A stretch of 64,000 nucleotides of DNA, from the NCBI GenBank assembly GCA_052390055.1, contig JBQTHH010000062.1, forward strand, positions 310 through 64,309. The letters are read 5' to 3'. Position numbers and translations under genes: made by a program. The stretch comes from Rhodoferax sp. GTDB lineage: Bacteria; Pseudomonadota; Gammaproteobacteria; Burkholderiales; Burkholderiaceae_C. The notes under the pieces are model-generated. The model was not told the DNA's origin, did no database searches, and saw only the letters and a program-made list of their open reading frames with translations. This document shows, piece by piece, positions 42,857 through 53,030 of the stretch. Every line of letters begins with the position of its first letter. The stretch's first letter is position 1.

Positions 42857-43758
42857 TGGCAGAGGGTGGGCTTGCCCCCAGGGGGCGCTGGCAACTTCGC
42901 CACCCCCAGGCCGTGGCCCTGATGGTGCTGGTGACCCTGATGTGGTCCAGCGCCGGGGTGGTGTCGCGCCACCTGGAGTACGCGCGCAGCTTTGAAGTGA
43001 CCTTCTGGCGCGCGCTGTTCACCTTTGTCAGCCTGAGCCTGCTGCTGCCGCTGGTGCGCGGGCCGCAGGTGTTCGCGCGCATGCGCCATGCGCCGCGCGC
43101 GCTGTGGGTGTCGGCGCTGTGCTGGTGTGTGATGTTCACCGCCTTCATGGTGGCCCTGGTGCTCACCAGCGTGGGCAATGTGCTGGTGACCATGGCCCTG
43201 GGGCCGCTGCTCACGGCGGTGGTGGCCTGGCTGGCCATCGGCCACCGGGTGCAGCCGCGCACCTGGGGCGCGATCCTGGCCGCAGGGGGCGGCATTGCCT
43301 ACATGTACGCCTCGCAGCTCGACCAGGGCAAGCTCACCGGCACCCTGGTGGCCCTGTGCGTGCCCCTGGCCGGTGCCGTGAACTGGACCGTGACCCAGCA
43401 CGCCCACGCCCAGGGGCAGGATGTGGAGCTGGAGCCCGCGGTCTGGCTGGGGGCGGCGCTGTCGGCGCTGCTGACCCTGCCCTGGGCCTGGCCCTTTGCC
43501 GCCACCACCCACGACGTGCTGCTGCTCGGTGGGCTGGGCCTGTTCCAGTTGGCCGTGCCCTGCGTGCTCAGCGTGTGGTGCGCGCGCGTGCTCAAGGCGC
43601 CGGAACTGGCCCTGTTGGCGCTGCTGGAGGTGATCTTTGGCATAGCGCTGGCCTGGTGGGGCGCGGGGGAGACCCCGGCGCAGGCGGTATTGATCGGTGG
43701 GGGCGTGGTCATCGGCGCCCTGGTTTGGAACGAATGGATGGCATGGAGACAAGCATGA
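42856..43758 (+). CDS. DMT/EamA-family transporter
   Basis: About 10 TM helices in two repeats; LLEVIFG. Confidence 0.85.
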
Positions 43759-44861
43759 CGGAACACGTGGTAGCCCAGGTGTGTGGCAGGGTGGGGTGCC
43801 TCACCCTCAACCGGGCGCAAGCGCTCAACGCCTTGAGCCTGGACATGATCCGCAGCCTCACGCGCCACCTGCTGGCTTGGCAGACGGACCCCGCCATTGA
43901 GGCGGTGGCCATCCGGGGCAGCAACAAGCACGGGGTGTTCGGTGGCTTCTGCGCCGGGGGCGACATCCGCTTTTTCCACCAGGCGGCGCTGGCGGGCAAC
44001 CCGGCCCTGGACGACTTCTTCACCGAGGAATACAGCCTCAACCACCTCATCCACCACTACGGCAAGCCCTACATCGCCTTCATGGACGGCGTGGTCATGG
44101 GTGGCGGCATGGGCATCAGCCAGGGCGCCAGCCACCGGCTGGTGACCGAGCGCAGCAAGCTGGCCATGCCTGAGACCAACATCGGCCTCTTCCCCGACGT
44201 GGGCGGCGGCTACTTCCTGAGCCGCTGCCCCGGCCATGCGGGGGAATGGCTGGCCCTGAGCGGCGAAGTGATCAGCGCCGACCAGGCCTGCGCATGGGGT
44301 CTGGCCGACCACGTCCTGCCCAGCGAGCGGCTGGCGGCCGCCTGGGACGCCTTGCTGGCCCTGCCCCGCATTGACGCGGCCGCGCTGGAGTCCTGGATTG
44401 CTATGTTTTCAATAGCAAAAGGACAAGATTCCACGCGGGCCAATGCCCATTTTGATGCCATGAATGCGGTGTTTGGGCTGGACAGCGTGGGCGCCATGGT
44501 GCGCGCGCTCGAAGCCATGCCCGGCGAATGGGCGGCGCACACCCTGGCGGTGCTGCGCAAGCGCTCACCGCTGATGTTGCATGTGGTGCTGGAGCAGGTG
44601 CGCCGCGCGCGCGGCATGGGACTGGCAGACGACCTGCGCATGGAACGCGACCTGGTGCGCCACTGCTTCTGGACCGCCCACCTGGAGCGCAGCGGTGCGC
44701 ACAGCGAAACGGTGGAAGGGGTGCGTGCCCTGGCCGTGGACAAGGACCACAGCCCGCGCTGGAACCCGGCGCGCATCGAAGACGTGACCCCGGACATGGT
44801 GGCGCCTTTCTTCACCAGCCCCTGGCCCGCCTTTGCGCACCCCTTGCGCCATTTGAACTGA
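43755..44861 (+). CDS. Enoyl-CoA hydratase/isomerase family (3-hydroxyisobutyryl-CoA hydrolase-like)
   Basis: LNRAQALNAL, FCAGGDI, MGGGMG, AMPETNIGLFPDVG, EGVRALAVDKD. Confidence 0.92.
   Translation: MTEHVVAQVCGRVGCLTLNRAQALNALSLDMIRSLTRHLLAWQTDPAIEAVAIRGSNKHGVFGGFCAGGDIRFFHQAALAGNPALDDFFTEEYSLNHLIHHYGKPYIAFMDGVVMGGGMGISQGASHRLVTERSKLAMPETNIGLFPDVGGGYFLSRCPGHAGEWLALSGEVISADQACAWGLADHVLPSERLAAAWDALLALPRIDAAALESWIAMFSIAKGQDSTRANAHFDAMNAVFGLDSVGAMVRALEAMPGEWAAHTLAVLRKRSPLMLHVVLEQVRRARGMGLADDLRMERDLVRHCFWTAHLERSGAHSETVEGVRALAVDKDHSPRWNPARIEDVTPDMVAPFFTSPWPAFAHPLRHLN
44399..44447 (+). repeat. Dispersed 49-nt element, copy D, inside the hydratase-family gene
   Basis: TGCTAT GTTTTCA ATAGC AAAAGGACAAGATTC CACGCGGGCCAATGCC; encodes AMFSIAKGQDSTRANA. 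Confidence 0.78.
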
Positions 44862-44977
44862 AGCGACGCCCTGGCAGGCCAGCTACAGGCCTGTGATGGA
44901 CTGGGGCCGCGTTATCTGACCGGGCAGGCGCATGCATTGTGCGCCTGACCTCGCGCAGGCGCTTGGTGTGCGGCGCG

Positions 44978-45793
44978 TCAGGGCTGCAATTGCTGGTAGG
45001 CCGCATCGGCCAGGCGCAGCAGGGCCGTGCGCTCCAGGTCGGCGCTGAGGGCGTAGCCCCAACCCTGGTCCACCCAGTAGAACTGCGACAGGCCCTGCTC
45101 CTGCTGGAAGCGAAAGCCGGTGTCTTGGGCCTGGGGGGCCTGCGCAGGCAGGGCGCCCAGGTACAGGGTCAGGCGTTGGCCGCTCTCGTGCTGGTACATG
45201 AACTGCGCCCGCATCGCCTGCTCTCCGGGCAGCAGGCGCCCGCCCACCAAAGCGTAGCCTTGCGCCTCCAGGTGCGGCACCCGCAGGGGCCGCCCCAGGC
45301 GCTTGGACAACCACTGCACCAGGTGCTGCTCTTCGGCGGCTTGTACATCCACCGGGTGGCGTACCTCTGGGGTGTAGGCGGCATGGGCGTAGCGGGCCTG
45401 GCGCACAAAGCCGCTGGCCTCGTTGCTGCGGGCCAGTGTGGGTGCATCCAGGGTGCCCCAATGGCCGTGCCCCCACCAGCCCAGCACGAAGGACGCCAAG
45501 GCAGCCGTGGCCACGGTCGCCCAGCGCCCCGCATTGGCGGCCCCTTGTGATGGCCGCAGTCCCTGCACCCGTGCGGCCATGCTGGCCGGGATGGGCTCGT
45601 CCAGCACCCCGTGGTGCAGTTGGCGTATCGCCTGGCGCTGCTGCTGCCAGGCCTGCACCGTGGCCAGGGCCTGGGCGTCCAGCGCGGCGCGGGGGGCTGA
45701 GCCGGGCGGGATCAGCGGGTCGCTCTGGCCATCCACCAGGGGGTGCAAGGTGTCGGCGTTGGCGGGGGAGGGGGGCGGTGTGGACATGCTCAT
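44978..45793 (-). CDS. Transmembrane anti-sigma factor
   Basis: LHPLVDGQ, central TM, YTPEVRHPVDV, WLSKRLG, LVGGRLLP, QFMY. Confidence 0.88.
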   Translation of the reverse strand: MSMSTPPPSPANADTLHPLVDGQSDPLIPPGSAPRAALDAQALATVQAWQQQRQAIRQLHHGVLDEPIPASMAARVQGLRPSQGAANAGRWATVATAALASFVLGWWGHGHWGTLDAPTLARSNEASGFVRQARYAHAAYTPEVRHPVDVQAAEEQHLVQWLSKRLGRPLRVPHLEAQGYALVGGRLLPGEQAMRAQFMYQHESGQRLTLYLGALPAQAPQAQDTGFRFQQEQGLSQFYWVDQGWGYALSADLERTALLRLADAAYQQLQP

Positions 45794-45794
45794 C

Positions 45795-46355
45795 TCACTT
45801 CAGGCGCTGCAAGTGGGCGCTGCGCCCGGGCGGCTGCGGTGCTGCGCCCGCTGCGGCCACGGGCGCCGCCGTGGCCTGCGGAGCCTGCATCAGCGCGTGC
45901 AGTCGCTGGCGCGCGCGGGACAGGCGCGACATCACGGTGCCGATGGGGGCGCCGGTGACGCGCGCCACCTCGGCATAGGGCATGTCCTCCAGGCACACCA
46001 GCAGCAGCACCTCGCGCTGGGTGTCGGGCAGGCGCATCAGGCAGCGCTGCAGGTCCAGGCCGAGTTCCGGGGTGGGGGTGCTGGCGTGGGCGCGCTCGTC
46101 CATGTCCTCCAGCACCTCGCCCTGCGCCAAAGGGTTGCGGCAGGCGGCCCGGTGCTGGTCCACGTACAGGTTGTGCATGATGGAAAAGAGCCAGGCACGC
46201 AGGTTCGAGCCCGCCAGCCACAGCCGCCAGCGGCTGCAGGCACGCTCCAGCGTGTCCTGCACCAGGTCGTCCGCCGCCCAGGCGTCGCCCGTCAGGGCGC
46301 GGGCGTAGCGGCGCAGGCTGGGGATGTGCTCGGGCAGGTCGTGCGTGCTGGCCAT
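45795..46355 (-). CDS. ECF sigma-70 factor
   Basis: IPSLRRYARALTGDAWAADDLVQDTL, GTVMSRLSRAR. Confidence 0.93.
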   Translation of the reverse strand: MASTHDLPEHIPSLRRYARALTGDAWAADDLVQDTLERACSRWRLWLAGSNLRAWLFSIMHNLYVDQHRAACRNPLAQGEVLEDMDERAHASTPTPELGLDLQRCLMRLPDTQREVLLLVCLEDMPYAEVARVTGAPIGTVMSRLSRARQRLHALMQAPQATAAPVAAAGAAPQPPGRSAHLQRLK

Positions 46356-46393
46356 GGGGCGGGTCTGGGTCTGCCGTTTGGGGGCCTGGGCTG

Positions 46394-46768
46394 TCAGGGC
46401 TTGGCGGTGCGCCAGACGTTGTTGACGCCTTCGCCGGTCTTGTCGCCGGGCTTGCTGTCCTTCACCCAGTAGTACAGGGGCTTGCCTTTGAAGGCCCACT
46501 GTTTGGCGCCATCGTCGCGCACCACCACGCTGTAGTCGCCACTGCCTTGTGCCCCGTCTGCGGCCTTCAGTGGCGGCCAGTTGGCGGCGCAGGGGCCATT
46601 GCATACCGACTTGCCGCCATGGGCCGGGTCTTTATCGAAGGTGTAGAGCGTCATGCCGTTGGGGCCGGTGAGCACGCCCTCGCTCAGGCGGGCCGGGGCC
46701 TTGTCTGCCAGGGTGCCGCATGCGCCCAGGATCAGGGCCGTCAAGGGGGCGAGAGCATGTTTTTTCAT
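46394..46768 (-). CDS. Lipoprotein with Y-X4-D repeats (COG4315-like)
   Basis: Lipobox LGAC; MTLYTFDKD, CNGPCAANWPP, PLYYWVKD. Confidence 0.88.
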   Translation of the reverse strand: MKKHALAPLTALILGACGTLADKAPARLSEGVLTGPNGMTLYTFDKDPAHGGKSVCNGPCAANWPPLKAADGAQGSGDYSVVVRDDGAKQWAFKGKPLYYWVKDSKPGDKTGEGVNNVWRTAKP

Positions 46769-46816
46769 CGGTTCATCCTTCCAGAAAATGGTCAGCACGG
46801 CTTGTGCTACCCGGAC

Positions 46817-46843
46817 AAACGATGGGGCAGGGCACTTTATTCC
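46817..46843 (-). promoter_or_regulatory. Putative ECF-dependent promoter GGAATA-N16-CGTT upstream of lipoprotein-sigma-antisigma
   Basis: Minus strand GGAATAAAGTGCCCTGCCCCATCGTTT, 49 bp upstream of the lipoprotein ATG. Confidence 0.55.
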
Positions 46844-46873
46844 CTGCCTGAAGAAAAATTTCCTGACCCCCGC

Positions 46874-47347
46874 TCAGCGGTGGTGCACCTTGAGGGCGCG
46901 CTCCACCTCGCGCTTGCCCTCGCGGTCCTTGATGGTGTCGCGCTTGTCGTGCTCGGCCTTGCCCTTGGCCAGCGCCAGATCCACCTTCACCCGGCCTTCC
47001 TTCCAGTGCAGGTTGATCGGCACCAGGGTGTAGCCCTTTTGCTCCACCTTGCCCATCAGGCGCTTGATTTCTTCCTTGTGCATCAGCAGCTTGCGCGTGC
47101 GCAGCTTGTCCGGGCTGACGTGGGTGGACGCCGTGTGCAGCGGGTTGATCTGCAGCCCGATGATGAAGAGTTCGCCGTTGCGCACCACGATGTAGCCGTC
47201 GGTGAGCTGCACCTTGCCTTCGCGCAGGGCTTTGACCTCCCAGCCTTCGAGCACGATGCCAGCCTCGAAGCGCTCCTCGAAGAAGTAGTTGAACGAGGCT
47301 TTCTTGTTGTCGGCGATCAGCGCCGGGGTATTGGGTTTCTTGGCCAT
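46874..47347 (-). CDS. smpB: SsrA-binding protein
   Basis: [40 protein letters not shown]. Confidence 0.97.
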   Translation of the reverse strand: MAKKPNTPALIADNKKASFNYFFEERFEAGIVLEGWEVKALREGKVQLTDGYIVVRNGELFIIGLQINPLHTASTHVSPDKLRTRKLLMHKEEIKRLMGKVEQKGYTLVPINLHWKEGRVKVDLALAKGKAEHDKRDTIKDREGKREVERALKVHHR

Positions 47348-47373
47348 AAAATTTGCGTGAAGCCAAGCATTCT

Positions 47374-47817
47374 ATGAAAACCGTCCACAAGTCCGTCCTC
47401 ATCTGGTACAGCCCCCAGGAAATGTACGACCTGGTCACCGATGTGGGCCGCTACCCGCAGTTCCTGCCCTGGTGCGACCATGCTGTCATCTTGCAGCACA
47501 CCGACACCGGTATGGAGGCCGAAGTGGGCATCCTGTTCAGCGGCGTGCGCCAGGTGTTCATTACCCGCAACACCCATGTGGCGGGGCGGCAGGTGCAGAT
47601 GCAACTCATCCAGGGCCCGTTCTCGCAACTGCAGGGGGCCTGGTACTTCCACACCCTGGGTGACGGCTCACAACGCGCCTGCAAGGTGGAGCTGCGCCTG
47701 GACTATGGCTTTGACAACCCAGCCCTGGCCAAGGTGGTGGGTCCGGTGTTCGACAAGATCGCCTCCAGCCTGGTGGACGCCTTCGTCAAGCGCGCCGCGC
47801 AGGTGTATGGCGAATAG
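47374..47817 (+). CDS. ratA: RatA/PasT (START-domain) ribosome association toxin
   Basis: YSPQEMYDLVTDVGRYPQFLPWC, GPFSQLQGAW; divergent from smpB. Confidence 0.9.
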   Translation: MKTVHKSVLIWYSPQEMYDLVTDVGRYPQFLPWCDHAVILQHTDTGMEAEVGILFSGVRQVFITRNTHVAGRQVQMQLIQGPFSQLQGAWYFHTLGDGSQRACKVELRLDYGFDNPALAKVVGPVFDKIASSLVDAFVKRAAQVYGE

Positions 47818-48154
47818 CCCCATGCTGCGCGTGACGGTGGTGTTTGCCGTGGCGCCGCGCCAGGTGCGCGAATGCGTGCTGGATGTGCCCGAGGGCAGCA
47901 CCGTGCGCCAGGCGCTGGAGCGCAGCGCCGTGCTGCAGGGCTGCGATGCCACACTGCTGGACCAGTGTGAGACCGGCGTCTGGGGGCACAAATGCGGACT
48001 CCAGCGGGTGTTGCGCGCGGATGACCGGGTGGAGGTCTACCGCCCCTTGCGGGTTGACCCCAAGGAGGCGCGGCGCCAGCGCTTCGTGCGCCAGGGCAGC
48101 AAGCGCGCGGGCCTGTTTGCCCAGCGCCGCACAGGTGCCAAACCGGGGTATTGA
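47807..48154 (+). CDS. ratB: RnfH/RatB ubiquitin-like protein
   Basis: GVWG, DRVEVYRPLRVDPKEARRQR. Confidence 0.88.
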   Translation: MANSPMLRVTVVFAVAPRQVRECVLDVPEGSTVRQALERSAVLQGCDATLLDQCETGVWGHKCGLQRVLRADDRVEVYRPLRVDPKEARRQRFVRQGSKRAGLFAQRRTGAKPGY

Positions 48155-48213
48155 TCCCGGCCCCGCTGCGGGGGCCCCACCAGCCAGCATCTGGCGCTGG
48201 GGCACAGGAGCCG

Positions 48214-48723
48214 TCAGCGGCAGTCCTGCTGGACGATGCCCTGCAGGCGCTTCACCTCCGCAGCGCGCTCAGCATCGTCAACGAATTCTTTCTCGCCCTT
48301 GTCGTTCATGCGGGTGATGCGCACCCCGGACTGGTAGGTCGCCAGGGACTGGCGTGCGCGCTTGCAGTTGTCAGCGCGCGCTGCGGCAATGCGCTCTTCA
48401 TCGGCCTTTTTCTTTGCCGCGGCCTCTTTCTCGGCCTGCTTTTTCTTTTCTTCCAGCTTGCGGTCCAGCTCGGAGGGCTTGGCCGGTGCCGTCGGCGCTG
48501 ACGCGCCAGCCGTGGGTGCGGGTGGCGCTGCATCCCCCGCCGGGGCCGATGCCGGGGCGGCCCCTTTGGGGCGCTTGAGGATGTTTTTCTCCGGAATGTC
48601 CGACGGGGGCGCGAGGTCGCTATAAACCTTGCGTCCGTCCTTGTCCACCCACTGCCATTGGGCCGCAGCGCTGACGCTGACGACCGACAGCAGCAGGGAC
48701 AGCCAGAAAGGAATTGCTCGCAT
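48214..48723 (-). CDS. DUF4124-domain secreted protein
   Basis: Signal peptide then [19 protein letters not shown]; C-terminal NCKRAR. Confidence 0.82.
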   Translation of the reverse strand: MRAIPFWLSLLLSVVSVSAAAQWQWVDKDGRKVYSDLAPPSDIPEKNILKRPKGAAPASAPAGDAAPPAPTAGASAPTAPAKPSELDRKLEEKKKQAEKEAAAKKKADEERIAAARADNCKRARQSLATYQSGVRITRMNDKGEKEFVDDAERAAEVKRLQGIVQQDCR

Positions 48724-48843
48724 GCTGCCAGTGTAGCGGCAGCCACGGGGGAGCAATGCCACCGGGCAGGCTTTTGTGCACCCATCTGTATACGATCTGC
48801 CCGTACCTGGGACGGTACAATCCGGTATTTGGAGCCCAGAACT

Positions 48844-50313
48844 ATGCGCCTGATCGGCAAAGCGCTGACCTTCGACGACGTCTTGTTGGTGCCAGCGTAC
48901 TCCCAGGTCCTTCCCAAGGACACCTCGCTCGCCACCCGTTTCACCCGCAACATCACCCTGAACCTGCCCCTGGTGTCCGCCGCCATGGACACCGTGACCG
49001 AGGCGCGCCTGGCCATCGCCATCGCGCAAGAAGGCGGCATCGGCGTGATCCACAAGAACATGAGCGCCAAGGAGCAGGCGGCGCAGGTGGCCAAGGTCAA
49101 ACGCTACGAGTCGGGCGTTTTGCGCGACCCGGTCACCATCACCCCGCAGCACACCGTGCGCCAGGTGGTGGAACTCTCTGACCAACTGGGGGTTTCCGGC
49201 TTTCCGGTGTGCGAAGGCAAGACCGTGGTGGGCATCGTCACCGGGCGCGATTTGCGTTTCGAAAGCCGTCTGGACCTGCCAGTGAGCCAGATCATGACGC
49301 CCCAAAACCGGCTGGTGACGGTGCCCGATGGCACCACCATCGCCCAGGCCAAGGTGCTGCTCAACCAGCACAAGATCGAGCGCCTGCTGGTGGTGGGCGA
49401 GGCCTTTGAGCTGCGCGGCCTCATCACCGTCAAGGACATCACCAAGCAGACCAGCTTCCCCAACGCCGCGCGCGACGCGCATGGCAAGCTGCGTGTGGCG
49501 GCCGCCGTGGGCGTGGGCGAGGGCACGGAAGAGCGTGTCCAGGCCCTGGCCAAAGCGGGCGTGGACGCCATCGTGGTCGATACGGCCCATGGCCACAGCA
49601 AGGGTGTGATCGACCGGGTGCGCTGGGTCAAGCAGAACTTCCCGCACATCGAGGTCATTGGCGGCAACATCGCCACCGGCGCCGCTGCCCTGGCCCTGGT
49701 CGAGGCCGGGGCCGATGCGGTCAAGGTCGGCATTGGCCCGGGTTCCATCTGCACCACCCGCATCGTGGCTGGCGTGGGCGTGCCGCAGATCATGGCCATC
49801 GACAGCGTGGCCACGGCCCTGCAGGGCACCGGCGTGCCCTTGATCGCCGACGGCGGCGTCCGCTACAGCGGCGACATCGCCAAGGCCATTGCCGCTGGCG
49901 CCTCCACCGTCATGATGGGCGGCATGTTCGCGGGCACCGAAGAGGCCCCCGGCGAAGTCATCCTCTACCAGGGCCGCAGCTACAAGAGCTACCGTGGTAT
50001 GGGCTCCATCGGCGCCATGCAGCAAGGCAGCGCGGACCGCTACTTCCAGGAATCCAGCAGCACCAACCCCAATGCCGACAAGCTGGTGCCCGAAGGCATT
50101 GAAGGCCGCGTGCCCTACAAGGGCTCCATGGTTGCCATCGTGTTCCAGATGGCGGGCGGCATTCGCGCCAGCATGGGCTACTGCGGCTGCGCCACCATCG
50201 ACGAGATGCGCGAGCGTGCCGAGTTTGTCGAGATCACCTCGGCCGGCATCCGCGAAAGCCACGTGCACGACGTGCAGATCACCAAGGAAGCGCCCAACTA
50301 CCGCGCCGACTGA
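48844..50313 (+). CDS. guaB: IMP dehydrogenase
   Basis: [33 protein letters not shown]. Confidence 0.99.
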   Translation: MRLIGKALTFDDVLLVPAYSQVLPKDTSLATRFTRNITLNLPLVSAAMDTVTEARLAIAIAQEGGIGVIHKNMSAKEQAAQVAKVKRYESGVLRDPVTITPQHTVRQVVELSDQLGVSGFPVCEGKTVVGIVTGRDLRFESRLDLPVSQIMTPQNRLVTVPDGTTIAQAKVLLNQHKIERLLVVGEAFELRGLITVKDITKQTSFPNAARDAHGKLRVAAAVGVGEGTEERVQALAKAGVDAIVVDTAHGHSKGVIDRVRWVKQNFPHIEVIGGNIATGAAALALVEAGADAVKVGIGPGSICTTRIVAGVGVPQIMAIDSVATALQGTGVPLIADGGVRYSGDIAKAIAAGASTVMMGGMFAGTEEAPGEVILYQGRSYKSYRGMGSIGAMQQGSADRYFQESSSTNPNADKLVPEGIEGRVPYKGSMVAIVFQMAGGIRASMGYCGCATIDEMRERAEFVEITSAGIRESHVHDVQITKEAPNYRAD

Positions 50314-50337
50314 GTCTGTAACTTGAATCTGGTCAGA

Positions 50338-50366
50338 TTGCAATAATCTGGCCAAAACACTAAAAT
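50338..50366 (+). promoter_or_regulatory. Sigma-70 promoter of the toxin-antitoxin operon, overlapped by AATCTG repeats
   Basis: TTGCAA (50338-50343)-N17-TAAAAT (50361-50366). Confidence 0.65.
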
Positions 50367-50401
50367 CTGGCCCGAATTGATTTTCAGGCCAGATTTTTTT
50401 T

Positions 50402-50656
50402 ATGCACGTGGTCGGTATCTACGACGCCAAGAGCCGCTTTTCTGCCCTCATCGAGCTGGTCGAGCAGGGCGAAGAGGTGCGCATCACGCGCCATGGCAAA
50501 GAGGTCGTGCGCATGCTGCCGGTGCGCCGCCGCCCGGTGATTTCGGACGAGCAGATCGCGCGCGAGCTGGGGCAGATCGACGCCCTGCACGCCAGCATCC
50601 GCCCCGCAGGGCCTTCGGCCCAGCAACTGCGCGGCCAGGGGCGGAGCCAGGCATGA
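50402..50656 (+). CDS. Phd/YefM-family antitoxin
   Basis: [35 protein letters not shown]. Confidence 0.92.
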   Translation: MHVVGIYDAKSRFSALIELVEQGEEVRITRHGKEVVRMLPVRRRPVISDEQIARELGQIDALHASIRPAGPSAQQLRGQGRSQA

Positions 50657-51087
50657 CGGCTTTTGTGCTCGATGCCTCCGTCACCGCCGCGTGGCTGCTG
50701 CCGGACGACGCCAGTGCGCACACGCGCCGCCTGTACGCATGCATCCGCCGCGACGAAGTCGAACCCCAGGCCCCCAACCTGTGGCAGTGGGAGTGCAGCA
50801 ACCTCATTGCCAGCGGCGTGCACAGCGGGCGCATCCCGCTCGCGGCGGTGGAAGGGCTGTGGAGCGTACTCGACGCCATACGGCACCGCGTGGAACTGCA
50901 CGAGTTGGCCCCGGCGCAGCACAAGGCCGTGCTCGACGTGGCCCTGGAAACCGGCCTGCCCAGCCTGGATGCCGCCTACCTGTGGCTGGCGCGCTCCTTG
51001 CGCCTGCCCCTGGCCACGTTCGACCCCCAACAGATGGCCGCCGCCCAGCGCTGCGGCATACCGCTTCTCGATCTCTCCACCCTTTGA
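50653..51087 (+). CDS. vapC: PIN-domain (VapC-like) toxin
   Basis: FVLDAS, WECSN, SLDAAY, LATFD acidic quartet; ATGA overlap with antitoxin. Confidence 0.88.
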   Translation: MTAFVLDASVTAAWLLPDDASAHTRRLYACIRRDEVEPQAPNLWQWECSNLIASGVHSGRIPLAAVEGLWSVLDAIRHRVELHELAPAQHKAVLDVALETGLPSLDAAYLWLARSLRLPLATFDPQQMAAAQRCGIPLLDLSTL

Positions 51088-51104
51088 CAGCGCAGGCAAC
51101 CACC

Positions 51105-52724
51105 ATGCAACACCAGAAAATCCTCATCCTCGATTTCGGCTCCCAGGTCACCCAGCTCATTGCGCGCCGTGTGCGCGAGGCCCATGTGTACTGCGAAGTG
51201 CACCCCTGTGACGTGAGCGACGCATGGGTGCGCGACTACGCCAAGGACGGCAGCCTCAAGGGCATCATCCTTTCCGGTAGCCACGCCAGCGTGTACGAAG
51301 ACACCACCGACAAGGCGCCGCAGGCCGTGTTCGAGCTGGGCGTGCCGGTGCTGGGCATCTGCTACGGCATGCAGACCATGGCCTGGCAGTTGGGCGGCAA
51401 GGTCGAGAGCGGCCACAAGCGCGAGTTTGGCCATGCCGACGTGCGCGCCCGCGGCCACACCCAGCTGTTCGACGGCATCCAGGACTACGCCACGGCAGAA
51501 GGCCACGGCATGCTTACCGTGTGGATGAGCCACGGTGACAAGGTCACCGAACTGCCCCCGGGCTTCAAGCTCATGGCCAGCACCGACAGCTGCCCCATCG
51601 CCGCCATGGCCGACGAAGAGCGCCGCTTCTATGCCGTGCAGTTCCACCCCGAAGTGACCCACACCAAGCAGGGCACGGCGATTCTGGAGCGTTTTGTGCT
51701 GGGCATTTGCGGCGCCCAACCCGACTGGGTCATGAAGGACCACATCGCCGAGGCCGTGGAAGCCATCCGCCAGCAGGTGGGTGACGAAGAGGTCATTCTG
51801 GGCCTGTCCGGCGGCGTGGACTCCAGTGTGGCGGCTGCGCTCATCCACCGCGCCATTGGCGACCAGCTCACCTGCGTGTTTGTGGACCACGGCCTGTTGC
51901 GCCTGAACGAAGGCGACATGGTCATGGACATGTTCGAAGGCAAGCTTCACGCCCGCGTGATTCGGGTGGATGCCAGCGAACTCTTCTTGGGCAAGCTCGC
52001 CGGAGTGAATGACCCGGAGCAAAAGCGCAAGATCATCGGCGGCCTGTTCGTGGACGTTTTCAAGGCCGAGGCGGCCAAGCTCAAGGCGGGCACGGGCGGT
52101 CACAAGGGCGCTACCTTCCTGGCCCAGGGGACCATTTACCCGGACGTGATCGAGTCGGGCGGCGCCAAGAGCAAAAAGGCCGTCACCATCAAGAGCCACC
52201 ACAACGTGGGCGGTTTGCCCGAGCAATTGGGCCTGAAGCTGCTGGAGCCGCTGCGCGACCTGTTCAAGGACGAAGTGCGCGAGCTGGGCGTGGCTTTGGG
52301 CCTGCCGCACGACATGGTCTACCGCCACCCCTTCCCCGGCCCGGGCCTGGGCGTGCGCATCCTGGGTGAAGTGAAGAAGGAATACGCCGACCTGCTGCGC
52401 CGTGCCGACGCCATCTTCATCGAAGAACTGCGCAACTTCACCGATGCCGCCACCGGCAAAACCTGGTACGACCTCACCAGCCAGGCCTTTACCGTGTTCC
52501 TGCCGGTCAAGAGCGTGGGCGTGATGGGCGACGGCCGCACCTACGACTACGTGGTGGCCCTGCGCGCGGTGCAAACCAGCGATTTCATGACCGCCGACTG
52601 GGCTGAACTGCCCTATGCGCTGCTCAAGAAAGTGTCGGGCCGCATCATCAACGAAGTGCGCGGCATCAACCGCGTCACTTATGACGTGAGTTCCAAGCCG
52701 CCGGCGACGATCGAGTGGGAATGA
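51105..52724 (+). CDS. guaA: GMP synthase (glutamine-hydrolysing)
   Basis: [35 protein letters not shown]. Confidence 0.99.
   Translation: MQHQKILILDFGSQVTQLIARRVREAHVYCEVHPCDVSDAWVRDYAKDGSLKGIILSGSHASVYEDTTDKAPQAVFELGVPVLGICYGMQTMAWQLGGKVESGHKREFGHADVRARGHTQLFDGIQDYATAEGHGMLTVWMSHGDKVTELPPGFKLMASTDSCPIAAMADEERRFYAVQFHPEVTHTKQGTAILERFVLGICGAQPDWVMKDHIAEAVEAIRQQVGDEEVILGLSGGVDSSVAAALIHRAIGDQLTCVFVDHGLLRLNEGDMVMDMFEGKLHARVIRVDASELFLGKLAGVNDPEQKRKIIGGLFVDVFKAEAAKLKAGTGGHKGATFLAQGTIYPDVIESGGAKSKKAVTIKSHHNVGGLPEQLGLKLLEPLRDLFKDEVRELGVALGLPHDMVYRHPFPGPGLGVRILGEVKKEYADLLRRADAIFIEELRNFTDAATGKTWYDLTSQAFTVFLPVKSVGVMGDGRTYDYVVALRAVQTSDFMTADWAELPYALLKKVSGRIINEVRGINRVTYDVSSKPPATIEWE
52713..52720 (+). other. 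Probable attL core at the guaA 3' end (GAGTGGGA)
   Basis: Matches the 8-bp core recalled for guaA-targeting islands; integrase follows after 306 bp; attR not in window. Confidence 0.7.
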
Positions 52725-52947
52725 TCCGGCATCTGGCAATGGCTGGCATTCAGTGGCATCTGAACGTGCGTAAGTTGGCGTAAACATTGAAGATTATTAT
52801 TTTTTGTTTGGCATTGACTGGCACGGTTTGGCAACGCCAAGCACTCTTTTTTCATGGCATTATGGATGGTACTATGTGCCATTGATGCCATGAGTTGCAC
52901 CTGATACCATGCCGTCTTGAAGCGAGTGGCATGGTATCCAAACTGCA

Positions 52948-52960
52948 TAACTTATTGATA
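52948..52960 (-). promoter_or_regulatory. IHF binding site in the attL arm
   Basis: Minus strand TATCAATAAGTTA, a perfect WATCAANNNNTTR match. Confidence 0.65.
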
Positions 52961-53030
52961 TTCAACGAGTTTTTGCGGTTTTTTGCGGTGGATCGAATCA
53001 TGGTATTGGAACCTAAACAGGACCAAGACC

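Noticed and set aside
46874-47347. tmRNA (ssrA) next to smpB, or a tRNA serving as prophage attachment site
   Set aside because: No tRNA-like or tmRNA-like sequence recognised anywhere in the window; the prophage uses guaA.
47374-48154. ratA-ratB as a novel toxin-antitoxin system
   Set aside because: Conserved smpB-linked core locus in proteobacteria, not accessory.
52819-52833. Sigma-54 promoter (TGGCACG...GC)
   Set aside because: The GG-to-GC spacing is one base short of -24/-12 geometry; better explained as one unit of the phased TGGCA array.
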